Assembly: GCA_951406725.2 (NCBI GenBank)
Contig: OX597817.1
Span: forward strand, 10,788,001-10,852,000
From: Octopus vulgaris
Taxonomy: Eukaryota
Direction: 5' to 3'
Length of the DNA: 64,000 bases
Each line of letters begins with the position of its first letter. Position 1 is the first letter of the stretch. A program made the position numbers and the translations under genes. This document shows positions 23,114 through 35,880 of the stretch, piece by piece. Below the pieces are notes generated by a model, which was not told the origin of the DNA, ran no database searches, and saw only the letters and a program-made list of their open reading frames with translations.

Positions 23114-26100
23114 TTAAGCCAGCTTGAAACAAGTATCATATATCAAAAAAGTTCCAAACTCAATGCCAGTGTAAGGTTTTTTTTTTTACAGACCTTAGCT
23201 ATAAAGCATTAATCAAAAACATTTGTTGCAAAGACAATACTTTCACATTTGTATTCTGTGGTGGCCTATTTAGTTTGTTATCTTAACTGACTCTCTAGAC
23301 ACAGTTTCCTCACTCTTAACATTAACAACCCTGCTGTTAATTGTTATATATTTTGTTGGAAGCACTTTCCACTTATAGTTTGTTCTGAAAACCTCCCCTC
23401 CTCTTGTAATTTCAGTAAGTTTGGACTGAAAGTTCTTTTGTTTTTTTTTTCTCTCTGGCTTCTCTGATCTTTTATATTCCAACTAGTTCTGTCATGAAAG
23501 TGCAACTGCTCAGTGTTTGTGTAATGCCAGTAAATCAAGAAAATTTCGTTTTGCTTTCTATTTTTCCCAAGCATGCCTAGATTTGCATTTAACTTGTGAG
23601 AAATGTAGGTGTGTCAGCTATTTTTGCTTGAAACCAATGCTGAAAAATTTTGCTCGCTGATGTTTGTTCAACCTCCCTCACACTATTATTGCATTCATAC
23701 TTCTTTTGTACCAATTGTTTGGATTATATATTTTCTTGCATCCACATTTCCCATAATTTTCTATAATGGTTTGCCACTTCATCTTTTGATGTCAGTTATC
23801 TGATCCGTCATTAATTTTTTTTTCTTTTGTCCCTTATCTCTTTGTGTGTGTGCACACACAAATTGATACTTTTGGACCTTTTATGACAGGGAACTATTTT
23901 TTAATCACTCCCCCCCTTTTTTTTTTTTTCAACTCTTCAGTGTCACTTGTATGGGAGGTTGTAGTTGATCTGAAATTTCCTTATAAATTTGTCTTAACCT
24001 CATTTCTGTAGCTTTAAATAGACAAAACAAAATATGCTTGACTTTACTCTGTCAAAAGTTACTAAACTCTAATATGCTTGGTAACTATTTCTTAGTGCAG
24101 CGATAAAAGATAACCGTAATCAGATCTATAAAAGTTTGTCTTATTTAAAAAGGAAAAAAAAACCCCAGAAATCTTCGAGTAACAACAGTGCCTCTGACCT
24201 TTGCAAATTCTGAGACTGGTGAGATTTATGCTGTTGGTGTTCAGTTGGAACCTATATAGGCCACTGTTTGCAGGAAAAGTATGGGTGGAGCAGAAATATG
24301 AGAGTGCTGCAATTCTGGGAAAAGGAGTGCAGGGTGGAGTGTTTTGAGTGGCAGAGGTGAGGTACAGTGGCTGGAGGAGACAGGTGGTAGTTATGTACTT
24401 AAATTTTGGAACATTATATATCTATAAATGGAATATTTCATATAAAGATAAAATCACACACACGTATTCAAATAAATCTACATCTGAAAAATCATCATCA
24501 TCATCAGACCTGTTTTCCATGCTGGTGTGTGCTGGATGATTTGAAAGGATCCTGCAAGCTATAAAGCCTTAACATAAAATGGTGTATTTGTGTACCTGCT
24601 TATAACTAACATGTTTATTTGTATATAGGTGTTGAATATTTTTCCACTTATATTTTTTATAGTGATTTTAATTTAAATTGCTGGATTCTTTCTAATACAT
24701 TGATTCTACTCAATTCAAGTTTTTCAAGATTCTTTTACCATTGTTTAGCTCCTTTCTCTTTTAGTAAAGCTTATTTCCTATTATTTCTCATCTCTTTTAC
24801 TTTTAGTTTTGTTCACTGTTTGACAAAGCTGTTTTGATTACTTAGAAGACAGTTATTTTGAATAAGATTTTAATCAGCTTTGTAATAGTAATTCTTTTTT
24901 CAGCTAATGATATTTGCTGATTTTAGTTTATTTTACAATGACCGACAACCAAATGCATGTATGGGAGCACAAACACACTTTTGTAAAGATAGTGTATTTG
25001 GAATTGAAATTGGGTTTTGATTACAATAATAATAATTGTGTGTGTGAATTTGATTGGTTACCATTTGTGTTCCTCAGATGTGGATTTTTTTGGATACATG
25101 CAATCATTTGTATATGCGTTGTATAATTAAAAGCAAGACCAAACTGGATAGTTATTTTGAATAGAATTAAGTTGTTGAAAATAAGTAAAATTAAGTTTTG
25201 TTTCTAAAATTAAATTTTTTAAAAATAGAATATTTTGCATCAGAGTAACTTTATATTGCAATTGTTATAGTGTTACTTAGTTATGATATCGAATTATATT
25301 CAGTTCATTTTTGTACAATCAACTCCCATATGCTCTCTTACCCCTCTGTCTCCAATATAACTGTAGTTTAATGTTAAGCATTGCTTGAGATATATATATA
25401 TATATATATATAACCTGTTGCTTCAGTTGATATGATCTTAAACTTTCCATGACCATATTTTTATTTTAAAAGTTTTGAACCTTGAAATTTAGAATTTAGA
25501 GGGGATTCCTGAATTTTATTTTTCAACTAATGTTGATCACAAAAGTTTTCAATATTATAATGGAAGTTTTTAAATTGAAATATGAATACGTCAATACAAC
25601 CAAAATTTTTGTCGTAGGACCAGAAGTTGTCTCATGTAGCTTGCTATCAACAGGATATTGTAACTCAATATGTTACTGGTATGTTTCTGGTTCATGAAAA
25701 ATGAAATACGTTGCTAAACTTTAGAAAAATTTTAATGCAATGTTCTAGCAATAGTTATCCTGCCAATTTTAAGCTCAGAGAATTATGAGCATTTCAGATG
25801 TGGAAAGGGAATGGTCTAGTTAGCCTTATGGGTTATGTTTGGTGAGATGGATGTATGGTTAACTGGTTTCTCTTTAATTTCAGCATTGAAGAGGGGGAGT
25901 ATACAGTTATGAGGGAATGGATTGGGAGTATCAGTAGAACATGTGACATGCCATATAGTATTTGGTTATGTCACTTTGCATAGCATCGGTATACTATAGC
26001 TTCAGGCCAACAAATGCCCTTCAGGTTTGGAAGACAGAAACTGAAAGAACCTGTCGTGTGTGTGTGTACGTGTGAGATGTATATGTATTTGTGTATCCTT

Positions 26101-26857
26101 GTCTTTGTCAGAGTTGTAAATGTCACCATCTTACAGGTGGCATTGATAGTTTCCAATCTTCTGGAAAAACCTGTTTGCTATGGAAAAATATTACCTTGCT
26201 TGGAAACTGAAGGCTACTTACTGATAGGAAGAGCTTCTGCCCAAAGAAAATCTGCTTCAAAAGAATTCCTTCTAGCCTATGCAAGCACGAAAAAGTGGAT
26301 GTTCAAATAACGATGACTATTCTGAGTTCAAATTCTGACCAGACTAATTTTTTTACTCTTTCTGACAGTCAAATATCAGGATTAATATAATTGAGTGCAC
26401 CCTTGATGGTTGTTGCAACTAAGAAAAGGATAGTAGGATTCAATATCTTAGTGTTTTATTCCTTGAAATTTTGGGAGGGGAGCTAATTATATTAACCTCT
26501 GTACTCAACTGATACTTAATTGACTTCAAAAGGATGAAAGGCAATGTCAATTGTGGCAGAATTTTGGAACATATAGACGGGAGATGCTGTTGATCATTTT
26601 GTATGGGATGTTGACAATTCTGCCTTACTAGTAATAATAATGGCTTCAAGATTTTGGCACAAGGCCAGCAATTTTAGGATGGGGAAGGATGTTGCTTCAT
26701 TAACTTCAGTATTCAACAGGTACTTATTTTATCGACCCCAGAATGATGAAAGGATAAGTTGACCTTGACAGAATTTGAACTGTGTTTGCAAAGAACTAGA
26801 AGAAATGCTAATAAGCATTTTTTCCAATGTGCTCACAATTCTGCCTACTTGCCACCT

Positions 26858-26888
<31 letters not shown>

Positions 26889-27022
26889 GATAATGATAAT
26901 AATGATAATGATAATAATAATAATGATAATAATAATAATGATTATAATACAAATAATAATAATACAAATAATAATAATAATGATAATAATACAAATAATA
27001 ATAATACAAATAATAATACAAA
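26858..27022. repeat. (AAT/GAT)n microsatellite with ACAAAT variants
   Basis: Direct reading of the sequence. Confidence 0.97.
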
Positions 27023-27488
27023 TGCAAAAATTCTACTGAAGGATAGTCCTAGTCAACTTTGTTTCTGAAAATATGAAAGACAGATTTGAACCAGAGATGA
27101 AAGAAATCAAATACTGCAAAATATTTTTTGTCTGCTGGTTCAGTTCCTTCCCCCTTCCCTATTCTTCACTTCTTAGAAATATACTTCATGTACCTAGCTT
27201 TGGGTGGGGTTCAGGTTCTATATTACAGCTTAAAAATTCTGTTACACACCCTTGTAGATTTTATTTTTCAGTTACATCAACATTGACTGGAATGGATTAT
27301 ATTTCCCCGCTTGAATTCCGATGTTCTTATTTTTTAATAGTAAAATAGGGAAAAAAATTTTTATTTGGTAAAATCCAGTCTGGAAAGAAATGGAGCTTGC
27401 TTTATCAGATACGGAATATCAGCAGGCATGAATGACTGAGCATAAGGGGTGCCAAAAGATAAAGTAGCCTCTAAAGATATCAGTTGTT

Positions 27489-27985
27489 TATTATTTACAT
27501 TATTTACATTTGACGGATATTTGTCCTCATCTTGTTTGTTAACACAAAGATTTGGCTGATATACCCTCCAGCCTTCATCAGGTATCTTGGGGAAATTTCA
27601 AACCCGAGTTCTCATTCCTAAGGTACTTTTCGATATTATTCAGGTCACTGCCTGGAATTGACCTCGGAATCTTGGGGTTAGTAGCCTGTGCTCTTAATCA
27701 CTATGCCATATGCCCATGGGCATGTGGCGTAGTGGTTAAGAGTGCGGGCTACTAACCCCATGATTCCGAGGCTGATTCAAGGCAGTGACCTGAATAATAA
27801 TAATATTAATAGTAATAATAATATCGAAAAATACCTCAAGTATGAGATCCCAGATTTGAAATTTCGCCAAGACACCGGATGAAGGCTGGAAGGTATATCA
27901 GCCAAAACATTAACAAGATGAGGAGAAATATCCATCAAATGTAAATAATGTACATAATTCCTCATCTCTTAAATATAGAACTGTA
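27489..27985 (+). mobile_element. Palindromic non-autonomous element: head-to-head tRNA-like heads + hammerhead-bearing Penelope-like tails
   Basis: Spacer-less palindrome centred at 27716/27717. A-box TGGCGTAGTGG at 27725-27735. Decayed CTGATGA-ggctg/cagcc-(G)AAA in both arms. ~28-bp extra 3' tail. 12-bp TSD ATATCAGTTGTT at 27477-27488 and 27986-27997. Confidence 0.8.
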
Positions 27986-28299
27986 ATATCAGTTGTTGTG
28001 TGCAACAAAGGTGATTGTTGGTTTGGACACATGATGCATATGAAGGATGATAGGTGAAACTGCTAAACTTTGCAGGTGGAAGAAGACAAAGTATTGAGAT
28101 AAATGGCAAGATGCTAAGCTAAATATGAAAGTCCAACCCATGTTAGCATGGAAAAATGAATGCAAATATGGTGTGTGTGTGTATTTTATTAGATTTAGTC
28201 ATTGGACCTTACACTTGCTGGGTAGTTTGGTCAAATCAATACTGTTTGTCAAATTTCTGATTTATGAGAAATAAGGCATTGACCATTGTTTTGAATTAA

Positions 28300-28517
28300 C
28301 CCTTTCATTACCAACCCGGCTGAAACTGGCTCTTGCTCTGTAATACAAATGTCTTGTTTTCATAAGTTTTAAATTAAAATCTTCCAAACCTTAGTCACAA
28401 TTTACGTTTCTAACACCAGCTTAGTGATAACTAAGTTAGTTTACTAGATTATTTGTTATATTTAAAGTAATTGAAAGAAACACAGAGTATCTCAAAATAA
28501 ATATGGTAACGAAAGTG
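28300..28517 (+). mobile_element. piggyBac-type MITE, family P2
   Basis: TTAA|CCCTTTCATTACC ... GGTAACGAAAGTG|TTAA. Confidence 0.8.
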
Positions 28518-28875
28518 TTAAGCATGCATCAAGCTGTAGCTTCAAGATTTCAGTGATGTTATTCTAAGTGTGAGAGGCCATGCACATCTAACCAGTTACA
28601 GCATAAAACAAGACTATTTTGGCCTGATATGACTGGTTTATGTACTAAACTATGTTTAATTTTTTTTTAGATTGTAAGTGCACATACAGTTTCCACTTAT
28701 CAAAAATCCACTTAAAATCATTGATCAACCAAAAGCTGTATTAGAGCTACTTTGCTTGTGGTTTTGCACAGTAGGATTGGCCCAAGAATCATGCGGTCAT
28801 AAAGTGATTTTTTTTTTTATTCATACTTGTCTATAAACACAAGTTGTAAAGAGATTTAATAAAATACTGTATGGT

Positions 28876-29191
28876 ATTAGAATGGTTGTATACTGTCAAT
28901 CTAACGTGAACATGACAGTAGGGGGTTACACCACTGCTGTTTAGCCCTAGGAAGCATCGACGCCTCCTGATGGCTTTGACACATTTTTCCTGTGTCCTTC
29001 CCCTTCATAAATGTATATAAGGACACAGGAAAAATGTGTCAAAGCCATCAGGAGGCGTCGATGCTTCCTAGGGCTAAACAGCAGTGGTGTAACCCCCTAC
29101 TGTCATGTTCACGTTAGATTGACAGAATACAACCATTCTATCGCCCCACCACCGTACATGTCTCTACGAGAGATTTAGAAATTTAATATTT
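28876..29191 (+). mobile_element. Foldback element with 122-bp near-perfect inverted arms and a 3' tail
   Basis: Arms 28878-28999 and 29019-29140 (one mismatch seen), 19-nt spacer, ~50-bp tail. Direct repeat CTGTATGGT at 28867-28875 and 29192-29200. Confidence 0.8.
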
Positions 29192-29219
29192 CTGTATGGT
29201 ATTATTTCTCCTGTAATTC

Positions 29220-29570
29220 TGGCATCCATCACCCATGCCTTTTCTGTTGCTACTTCAGTGATTTCTGTTCTTCAGAGTTGGCTTGTTTTGTTCTGCTCCC
29301 ACTCAGATACCCACTGGCTTATTACTCTTGTGGTGTCTAAACCCCACTATTTCTGCATTGTCGCTATATAATCCAGCCCTTCCTTCTCAAAATACCACCC
29401 CTCTGGAATATTCTTCTTGTCAATGTCTTACCTGCAGATGTTAATCTGCAACAGTTTAACTGGAGCATTGACAGTATCAAGTTCACTAGTCTCAGTAGGT
29501 TTGCAAACGTCATGTTAAAGGGCACTGCCCCATCAAGAGTTAGCAACTAAGAGAAAGAAAGAAAAAGCTG
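29220..29570 (+). mobile_element. Degenerate LINE 3' end related to the 1.4-kb remnant
   Basis: PLWNILLVNVLPADVNLQQF-like C-terminus and a similar 3'UTR. Confidence 0.45.
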
Positions 29571-30200
29571 GCATAAGTAGAAAAACTACACATTTTGGAA
29601 GAGTATAATGCAATCAACCCTACTATTTAACTAGTGCCTTATTTTATTGATATAGGAGAGATGAAAGGCAAAATTACCCTCATGGGGTTTTTGAACTTGA
29701 TATTGCATGCAATCTAAGTTCCACAGGTTTTTTTGTTTGGCACTTTATCAATTCTGCTATTTTCAATATGCTCTTCTTAATCATTTGGTTACAATATTTC
29801 TCTTGAAATAAACAGCCTTCATTTCAGATAATTTTTTGAAAGTAAGGAAGAATTTAGTGAATTTTTTCTTCATAAAGCTGTTTGGAACATAAATCAACAT
29901 GGAATCTCAATGGAAGATCTTAATCAGTTTAAGACAAGAAGTTTGGATCATTGCCCCTGGGGTATAGTATCAAAAGGGTTAATAAGGAAATTTGGACTAG
30001 CAAAAGTTACTTTCTATAATGAGTCAACAAGGGAGCTTCTACAGGGTAACTTAGACTACTAGAAATATTGAAATTCTAAAATCCTACCCTACCATCTTAA
30101 ACACATTGGGTAAAATAATCCTAGGTACACTATTACTGAACAAAAATATGGGATGGGCATTAGTGGAACTTCTTTTAATCACCAGCCTACATCATCAACA

Positions 30201-30620
30201 GGTGCAGGAGTGGATGTGTAGTAAGTAGCTTGTTTACCAACCACATGGTTCCAGGTTCAGTCCCTCTGCATGGCACCTTGGGCAAGTGTCTTCTGCTATA
30301 GCCTCGGGCCGACCAAAGCCTTGTGAGTGGATTTGGTAGACAGAGACTGAAAGAATCCCTTCGTATGTATGTATGTATGTATATATATATATATAATATA
30401 TATGTGTGTGTGTGTTTGTGTGTGTCCCCCTAGCATTGCTTGACAACCGATGCTGGTGTGCTTATGTCCCCGTTACTTAGTGGTTCGGCAAAAGATACCG
30501 ATAGAATAAGTACTGGGCTTACAAAAGAATAAGTCCCGGGGTCGAGTTGCTCGATTAAAGGCGGTGCTCCAGCATGGCCGCAGTCAAATGACTGAAACAA
30601 GTAAAAGAGTAAAAGAGAGT
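30201..30620 (+). mobile_element. SINE family A
   Basis: Full-length copy with the same head and tail. Confidence 0.9.
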
Positions 30621-31282
30621 ATCTCAAAGCTGATATTCTATGATATAAAAATTGTCCTGTTAACTTTTGAAATTAAAAATCTTGTGAACATATGTTTACT
30701 TAACTGTCAATTTTAAGTAATAAGACACTTCATCATCTGTTTAAGATGGTATTAAGTTTCGGTTGTGGAAATGGCAGTAGTTAGGTCAGAGTTCACACTT
30801 TGACATTTTATAAAGTAAATTGGTATTTGGCCTGGTTGCCATCACATTTCTGATATTATGTTTTTTAATATTATATTATATTTCAATATGTTGGCTGCTG
30901 TGGAATTTAATTAAATGCCTCTAAATGTGCATATAAATATTCCTTGACTGATATGCTGATTATGTTTGAATGTCCAAAGCTCAATATTTTCCCATAGATG
31001 TTGTCTTTAGGTTAGACTTCTAAGCTGACATTTCCTTCTCTCTGGTAAATTGGGTGTGAATTTGTTGTAATTTTTTACTCTGCACCATACTAGTTCAAGT
31101 GAGGTTAATGCATTTGGAGTAGATTATGGACTAATTTTTGATTTAACTGATATGGTGCTTAATGCTCTTTATGTAAATCATCTTAAAAAATCCCAGGATG
31201 ATCAGTCAGTTCTGAAAATGTTCTTTAGAAAGAGTAAAGGCTAGGTTTTACATTTCTTTGAATTTCTGAAATGTTATTGAAT

Positions 31283-31480
31283 TACTCTTACTCTTTTTTA
31301 CTCTTTTACTTGTTTCAGTCATTTGACTGCGGCCATGCTGGAGCACCGCCTTTAGTCGAGCAAATCGACCCCGGGACTTATTCTTTGTAAGCCCAGTACT
31401 TATTCTGTCGGTCTCTTTTGCCGAACCGCTAAGTGACGGGGACGTAAACACACCAGCATTGGTTGTCAATCAATGCTAGG

Positions 31481-31524
<44 letters not shown>

Positions 31525-31696
31525 TATATATATACGACAGGCTTCTTTCAGTTTCCGTCTACCAAATCCACTCACAAGGCATTGGTCAGCCTGGGGCTAT
31601 AGCAGAAGACACTTGCCCAAGATGCCACGCAGTCGGACTGAACCCGGAACCATGTGGTTGGTTAGCAAGCTACTTACCACACAGCCACTCCTGCGC
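31283..31696 (-). mobile_element. SINE family A
   Basis: Full-length copy. Confidence 0.9.
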
Positions 31697-32446
31697 GAAT
31701 TGTTAAAAAGTAGAATTAAAATACTCACACCAGTCATTTTGTGGTATTTTGAACGATGTAAATATATATATCTATAACATCAGCACTGCTTACATCTTAT
31801 TGCCACTATTTCACTATTGAGAACTCGGTAAAAATAATGTAGGGACCTGAAATAAATCCGAGATTAGTAGACAAATGAGATTATCATTTGTAATAAATTT
31901 CTTCAAATATACACTGGTCCATCTGTGAGACTGGTGATCTCTCAAACTCTAAATGGTTTTTGTCTACCAGATTCTGCTCACAAAATATTGGTCAACCTTA
32001 AAACTTTCAAACTTGAAAGCTACCTCTGTGGTTAGCAGACATCAAATAAGATTGGTACTTGTAATAAAACTCTGATTTTTGAAATCTAGAGTTCCTTCTC
32101 TAAGATAGTGATTTGTGATAATCAATAAGGCTCTTCTTATGAAATAAAAAATTTGTTTTTAATTTGTACCTTACTTAAATACAAGTTTTGTTATGGCAAA
32201 TGATCTTACATTATGATAAATACTTCTTGCCAGTTTTGGTGTATCTTAAATGAGGATTATTAACTTTGGCACAATGCCATTTATGTGGGAAGTATTTGAT
32301 TATTGTTTTAGGCCCCAAATTTTTCTAGTACTTATTCTATCAATCTTGGAGGAATGTCATTGTCAATTTGGCAGGATTTCAACTTGGAACCTTAAGAGTG
32401 CAGCATTTTACTGTTTCTGTTCAAAATGTATTTTAGTTATATATTA

Positions 32447-33053
32447 TGAGGTGCTGCTGAAAATTTCCTGGCTTTTAAGAGTATTGCAAAAGGTTTGGTT
32501 TGAGACTCAACCTTCCAAGTTCTTTTACAGGGCTTAGAAAAACTGAAGGGCCACTGCAATAAGTATGTGAATCTGAGACGGGAATATCTTTATATATAAA
32601 AGTGAGGTTGTGTGTCTGTCTCCTACGATTTAGATTCCTAACTACTCCCACATTTTGCGGTGCAGTTTAACCAAAACCGGGTATCTTATAGTCGTGATTC
32701 ATATCGAGCCCTTCTAGATATTAGCGTGCATCTACGATGAGTCTACGATTTTAAAAAAATTTACCATTTTTTTCCATTTTAATGCATTTTTTCGCTATTA
32801 TATAAGAGAAGTAACTCTCTAAAAATGTCTACGATGAGTCAACAATTTAAAAAAAATTTACCATAATTTTTTTTCCATTTTTAATGCATTTTTTTGCTAT
32901 TTTTTAGCTATAACTCTCTAAAAATGCTTATATAGTTATTTCCCTTACAAACCCGAGCAACGCCGGGCAATACTGCTAGTGTTCAATAAAAATATGACTG
33001 ATCCTCTTGAATTTTCTTTTACCCAAAGCCAGGAACTTTTCAGCACCCCTTCG
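32447..33053 (+). mobile_element. Mariner-derived MITE (host of the Helitron)
   Basis: TA-flanked TIRs TGAGGTGCTGCTGAAAATTTCCTGGCTTT / AAAGCCAGGAACTTTTCAGCACCCCTTCG. Removing the Helitron restores GLEKLKGHCNKYVNLRREYVQ*, a mariner C-terminus. Confidence 0.8.
32587..32979 (+). mobile_element. Non-autonomous Helitron nested in a mariner MITE
   Basis: A|TCTTTATATATAAA ... hairpin CCCGAGCAACGCCGGG ... CTAG|T; contains an internal ~75-80-bp duplication. Confidence 0.85.
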
Positions 33054-33730
33054 TATATTGTTCACTTTCCATGTGTAATCTATGGCACTCATCATATCTT
33101 CACTTGACCTATGTCTTGGGAAGATGACATGGCAATAAATAAAAGCTGTTTATTGCAAGGAATAATAACAGCAATAATACTAATACTGGTGTATAAAATT
33201 TCCTATTTAGCTGCCAGTAGAAAGCTTTAAGCCTTGCACAACAAGCTAACAAAAACATTTGTATGTCTGCATTTGAACAATGTCAATACTATATTGCACT
33301 GTCGCACTGTTAACTCAGACATTTAAATAAGAAAATGTTATTTCAATAAAGCAGTTGTGTAGAGCAAAAAAAACCAAAAAAAAAAACCATCCTGATGTAG
33401 GTGAATAAAATTTAGATAATCTTAAAATGAAAATAGTGCCTGCCTAGAAATTTAAGACTGCATATTTTAGAAATGATAAAACAAGTGTTATGGGTGTGCG
33501 TTGTGTATTATAGATGCGATAACTGCAACAGAATTTAATTCATCTAAGAAATTAAACAGGGGAATTTTTATATAATTTATTGGTCTAAATCCAGAGTGAT
33601 AGGGATTCCTCAGGCCAGAGTTCCTCATAGGATTGGGTAGGCATGAAGATTGAAAAGACAGTAGACAAATTACTGTTTAGTAAAAATGTTGTTAAACTTG
33701 CCCAATACTATGGTAAAGTTACTTTTTTAA

Positions 33731-33944
33731 CCCTTTCGTTACTGTATTTATTTTGGGATGCACTGTGTTTCTTTCAATTACTTTAAATATAACAATGAAT
33801 TTAGTAAAATAACTTATTCACAATTTATGTTCCTAACACTAGCTGAATGATAACTAAGGTTTGGTGGAAGATTTTAATTCAAAACTTATGCAAACAAGAC
33901 AATTGTACTCAGAGCCAGTTTCAGCCGGGTTGGTAATGAAAGGG
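33731..33944 (-). mobile_element. piggyBac-type MITE, family P2
   Basis: TTAA|CCCTTTCGTTAC ... GGTAATGAAAGGG|TCAA. Confidence 0.8.
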
Positions 33945-34226
33945 TCAATGTCTATTTTTCCATGCTTGCATGGGTCAGACAAAGTACATTATGGCAACTT
34001 GATGTCTGATGTCATCCACCCTCACATATTTCCTATTGCAAGAATATTCTCTCAGTCTGAACAGTAAACAGATCAGATTTGTTAATGCAGAAGACTGAAA
34101 ACAAACAACACTGTTTGAATGAGCCTTGTCGAGAAGCCCTGATATCCTTTCACAGTGGACTGCAAGCAAATGACATTGTTAGCCAGCTATTTACAACCAG
34201 CAAATGCACAAGATAAGAGATACGAG

Positions 34227-34259
<33 letters not shown>

Positions 34260-35465
34260 ACATGTACATACACATACAATGGGCATCTTTCAGTTTCTGT
34301 CTACTCAAGTCCACTCGCAAGGCTTTGGTAAACATGTCTATAACAAGATACTTTCTTGAAGTGCCACACTGGTTTGGGGAACAGTCATCCTGATCACACA
34401 GCCTATAAATCTTTATTCTTCATTAATAGGGCAGAAAAAATTCACTATTTTTTTGTTGGGTGGTGCAGCTGGTATTCATCAGTTTAAGAACTGCTGGTTT
34501 AGACAATGGACTGATTGAACTAAATTAACAAACACTACACAGACTATTTTAAAAATAGAAAATGTAAGATACTTAATAGAAATGTAAGATATTTATGGTT
34601 TTGATTAGCATACTTTCAGCATCACTGCAAAGTAAACATTGTGGTTGAACTGATTTTTTTTTTTTCTCTCTTTCTGTGATTGAAAAATATGGTAAAAACA
34701 TTTTGCATCTGGCCAGGCTGATCTTGTTTTCTTGGTCACAGAGCAGAGAAACAAAAAAAAAATTGGCTTAGCCACATAGAGCTGTGTCCCTAACCTTTTC
34801 TGTCATACCTTAACCTGTATCAGGCGTAAGGATGTACTCCTTGGATTTTGTAGACATGCAAGCTATGTAGTGACACTTGATAGCTCTTTAAGAAAAAGAA
34901 AAATAAGTATTCAGTGAACACTGTAAAGTGGTTTGTGTTAGGAAGAGCTTCTAACCATAGAAACCATGTCAAAACATGCAGAAGCATGATGCACTTCATG
35001 GAACCCATTGGATCCTTGTCTAACTGTCAAGCAACTGCCAGCATTTACATTAAATGATGATGATGTATCTGTAAGTCTACCTTACATCCGTTTCAAACTA
35101 GTCTCAGTGGCTTAGAGGTTAGTGTTGAGCTCATAATTGTAAAGTCATGGGCTTGATTCCTGGACTCGGGGGGAATGCATTGTGTCCTTGATCAAGGTGC
35201 ATCATTTCATGTTTCAGTCAACTCAGCTGAATATGAGTATCTGCTGCCTGCTGGTACACATCTCTTAACTCCCAACTGTCAGATTCTTGATATTCTGCCA
35301 AGTCAATGGTAAGAGGGCCAAAAAGGTATCTCTACTACACTTTGCCTGAAAAAGGTTACTATGTAGTCGAAAGTAAACTATCAAGGCCTGCTTGTGAGAG
35401 ACAGCTTAGCTTATCTTACCGTCTTAAAAATACTTAGTTTTGTCTGGCAATTCCATGTTCAGATC

Positions 35466-35786
35466 CTCTCTTTTTACTCTTTTACTCTTTTACTTGTTTC
35501 AGTCATTTTGACTGCGGCCATGCTGGAGCACCGCCTTTAGTCGAGCAACTCGACCCCGGGACTTATTCTTTTTGTAAGCCCAGTACTTATTCTATCGGTC
35601 TCTTTTTGCCGAACCGCTAAGTGACGGGGACGTAAACACACCAGCATCGGTTGTCAAGCAATGCTAGGGGAACAATCACAGACACACAAACACACACACA
35701 TATATATATATATACATATATACGACAGGCTTCTTTCAGTTTCCGTCTACCAAATCCACTCACAAGGCATTGGTCGGCCCGGGGCT
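35466..35786 (-). mobile_element. SINE family A, 5'-truncated
   Basis: Lacks the tRNA head. Confidence 0.9.
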
Positions 35787-35831
35787 GTTTAGGTTGATTT
35801 GGTTTTAACCCTTTCCATACTGTAAAGGATT

Positions 35832-35880
35832 CAATTAATTATTTCTCTTCCTCTTGTAGAGGAAGAGAAATAATTAATTG
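35832..35880. repeat. Perfect 23-bp-arm palindrome
   Basis: CAATTAATTATTTCTCTTCCTCT-tgt-AGAGGAAGAGAAATAATTAATTG. Confidence 0.9.

Noticed and set aside
23255-23273. CTGTGGTGGCCT (LWWP) as a possible next kindlin exon
   Set aside because: No DWSDH upstream, a stop two codons later, and no fitting acceptor.
26775-27068. Asn/Asp-rich ORF
   Set aside because: Translation of an (AAT)n microsatellite.
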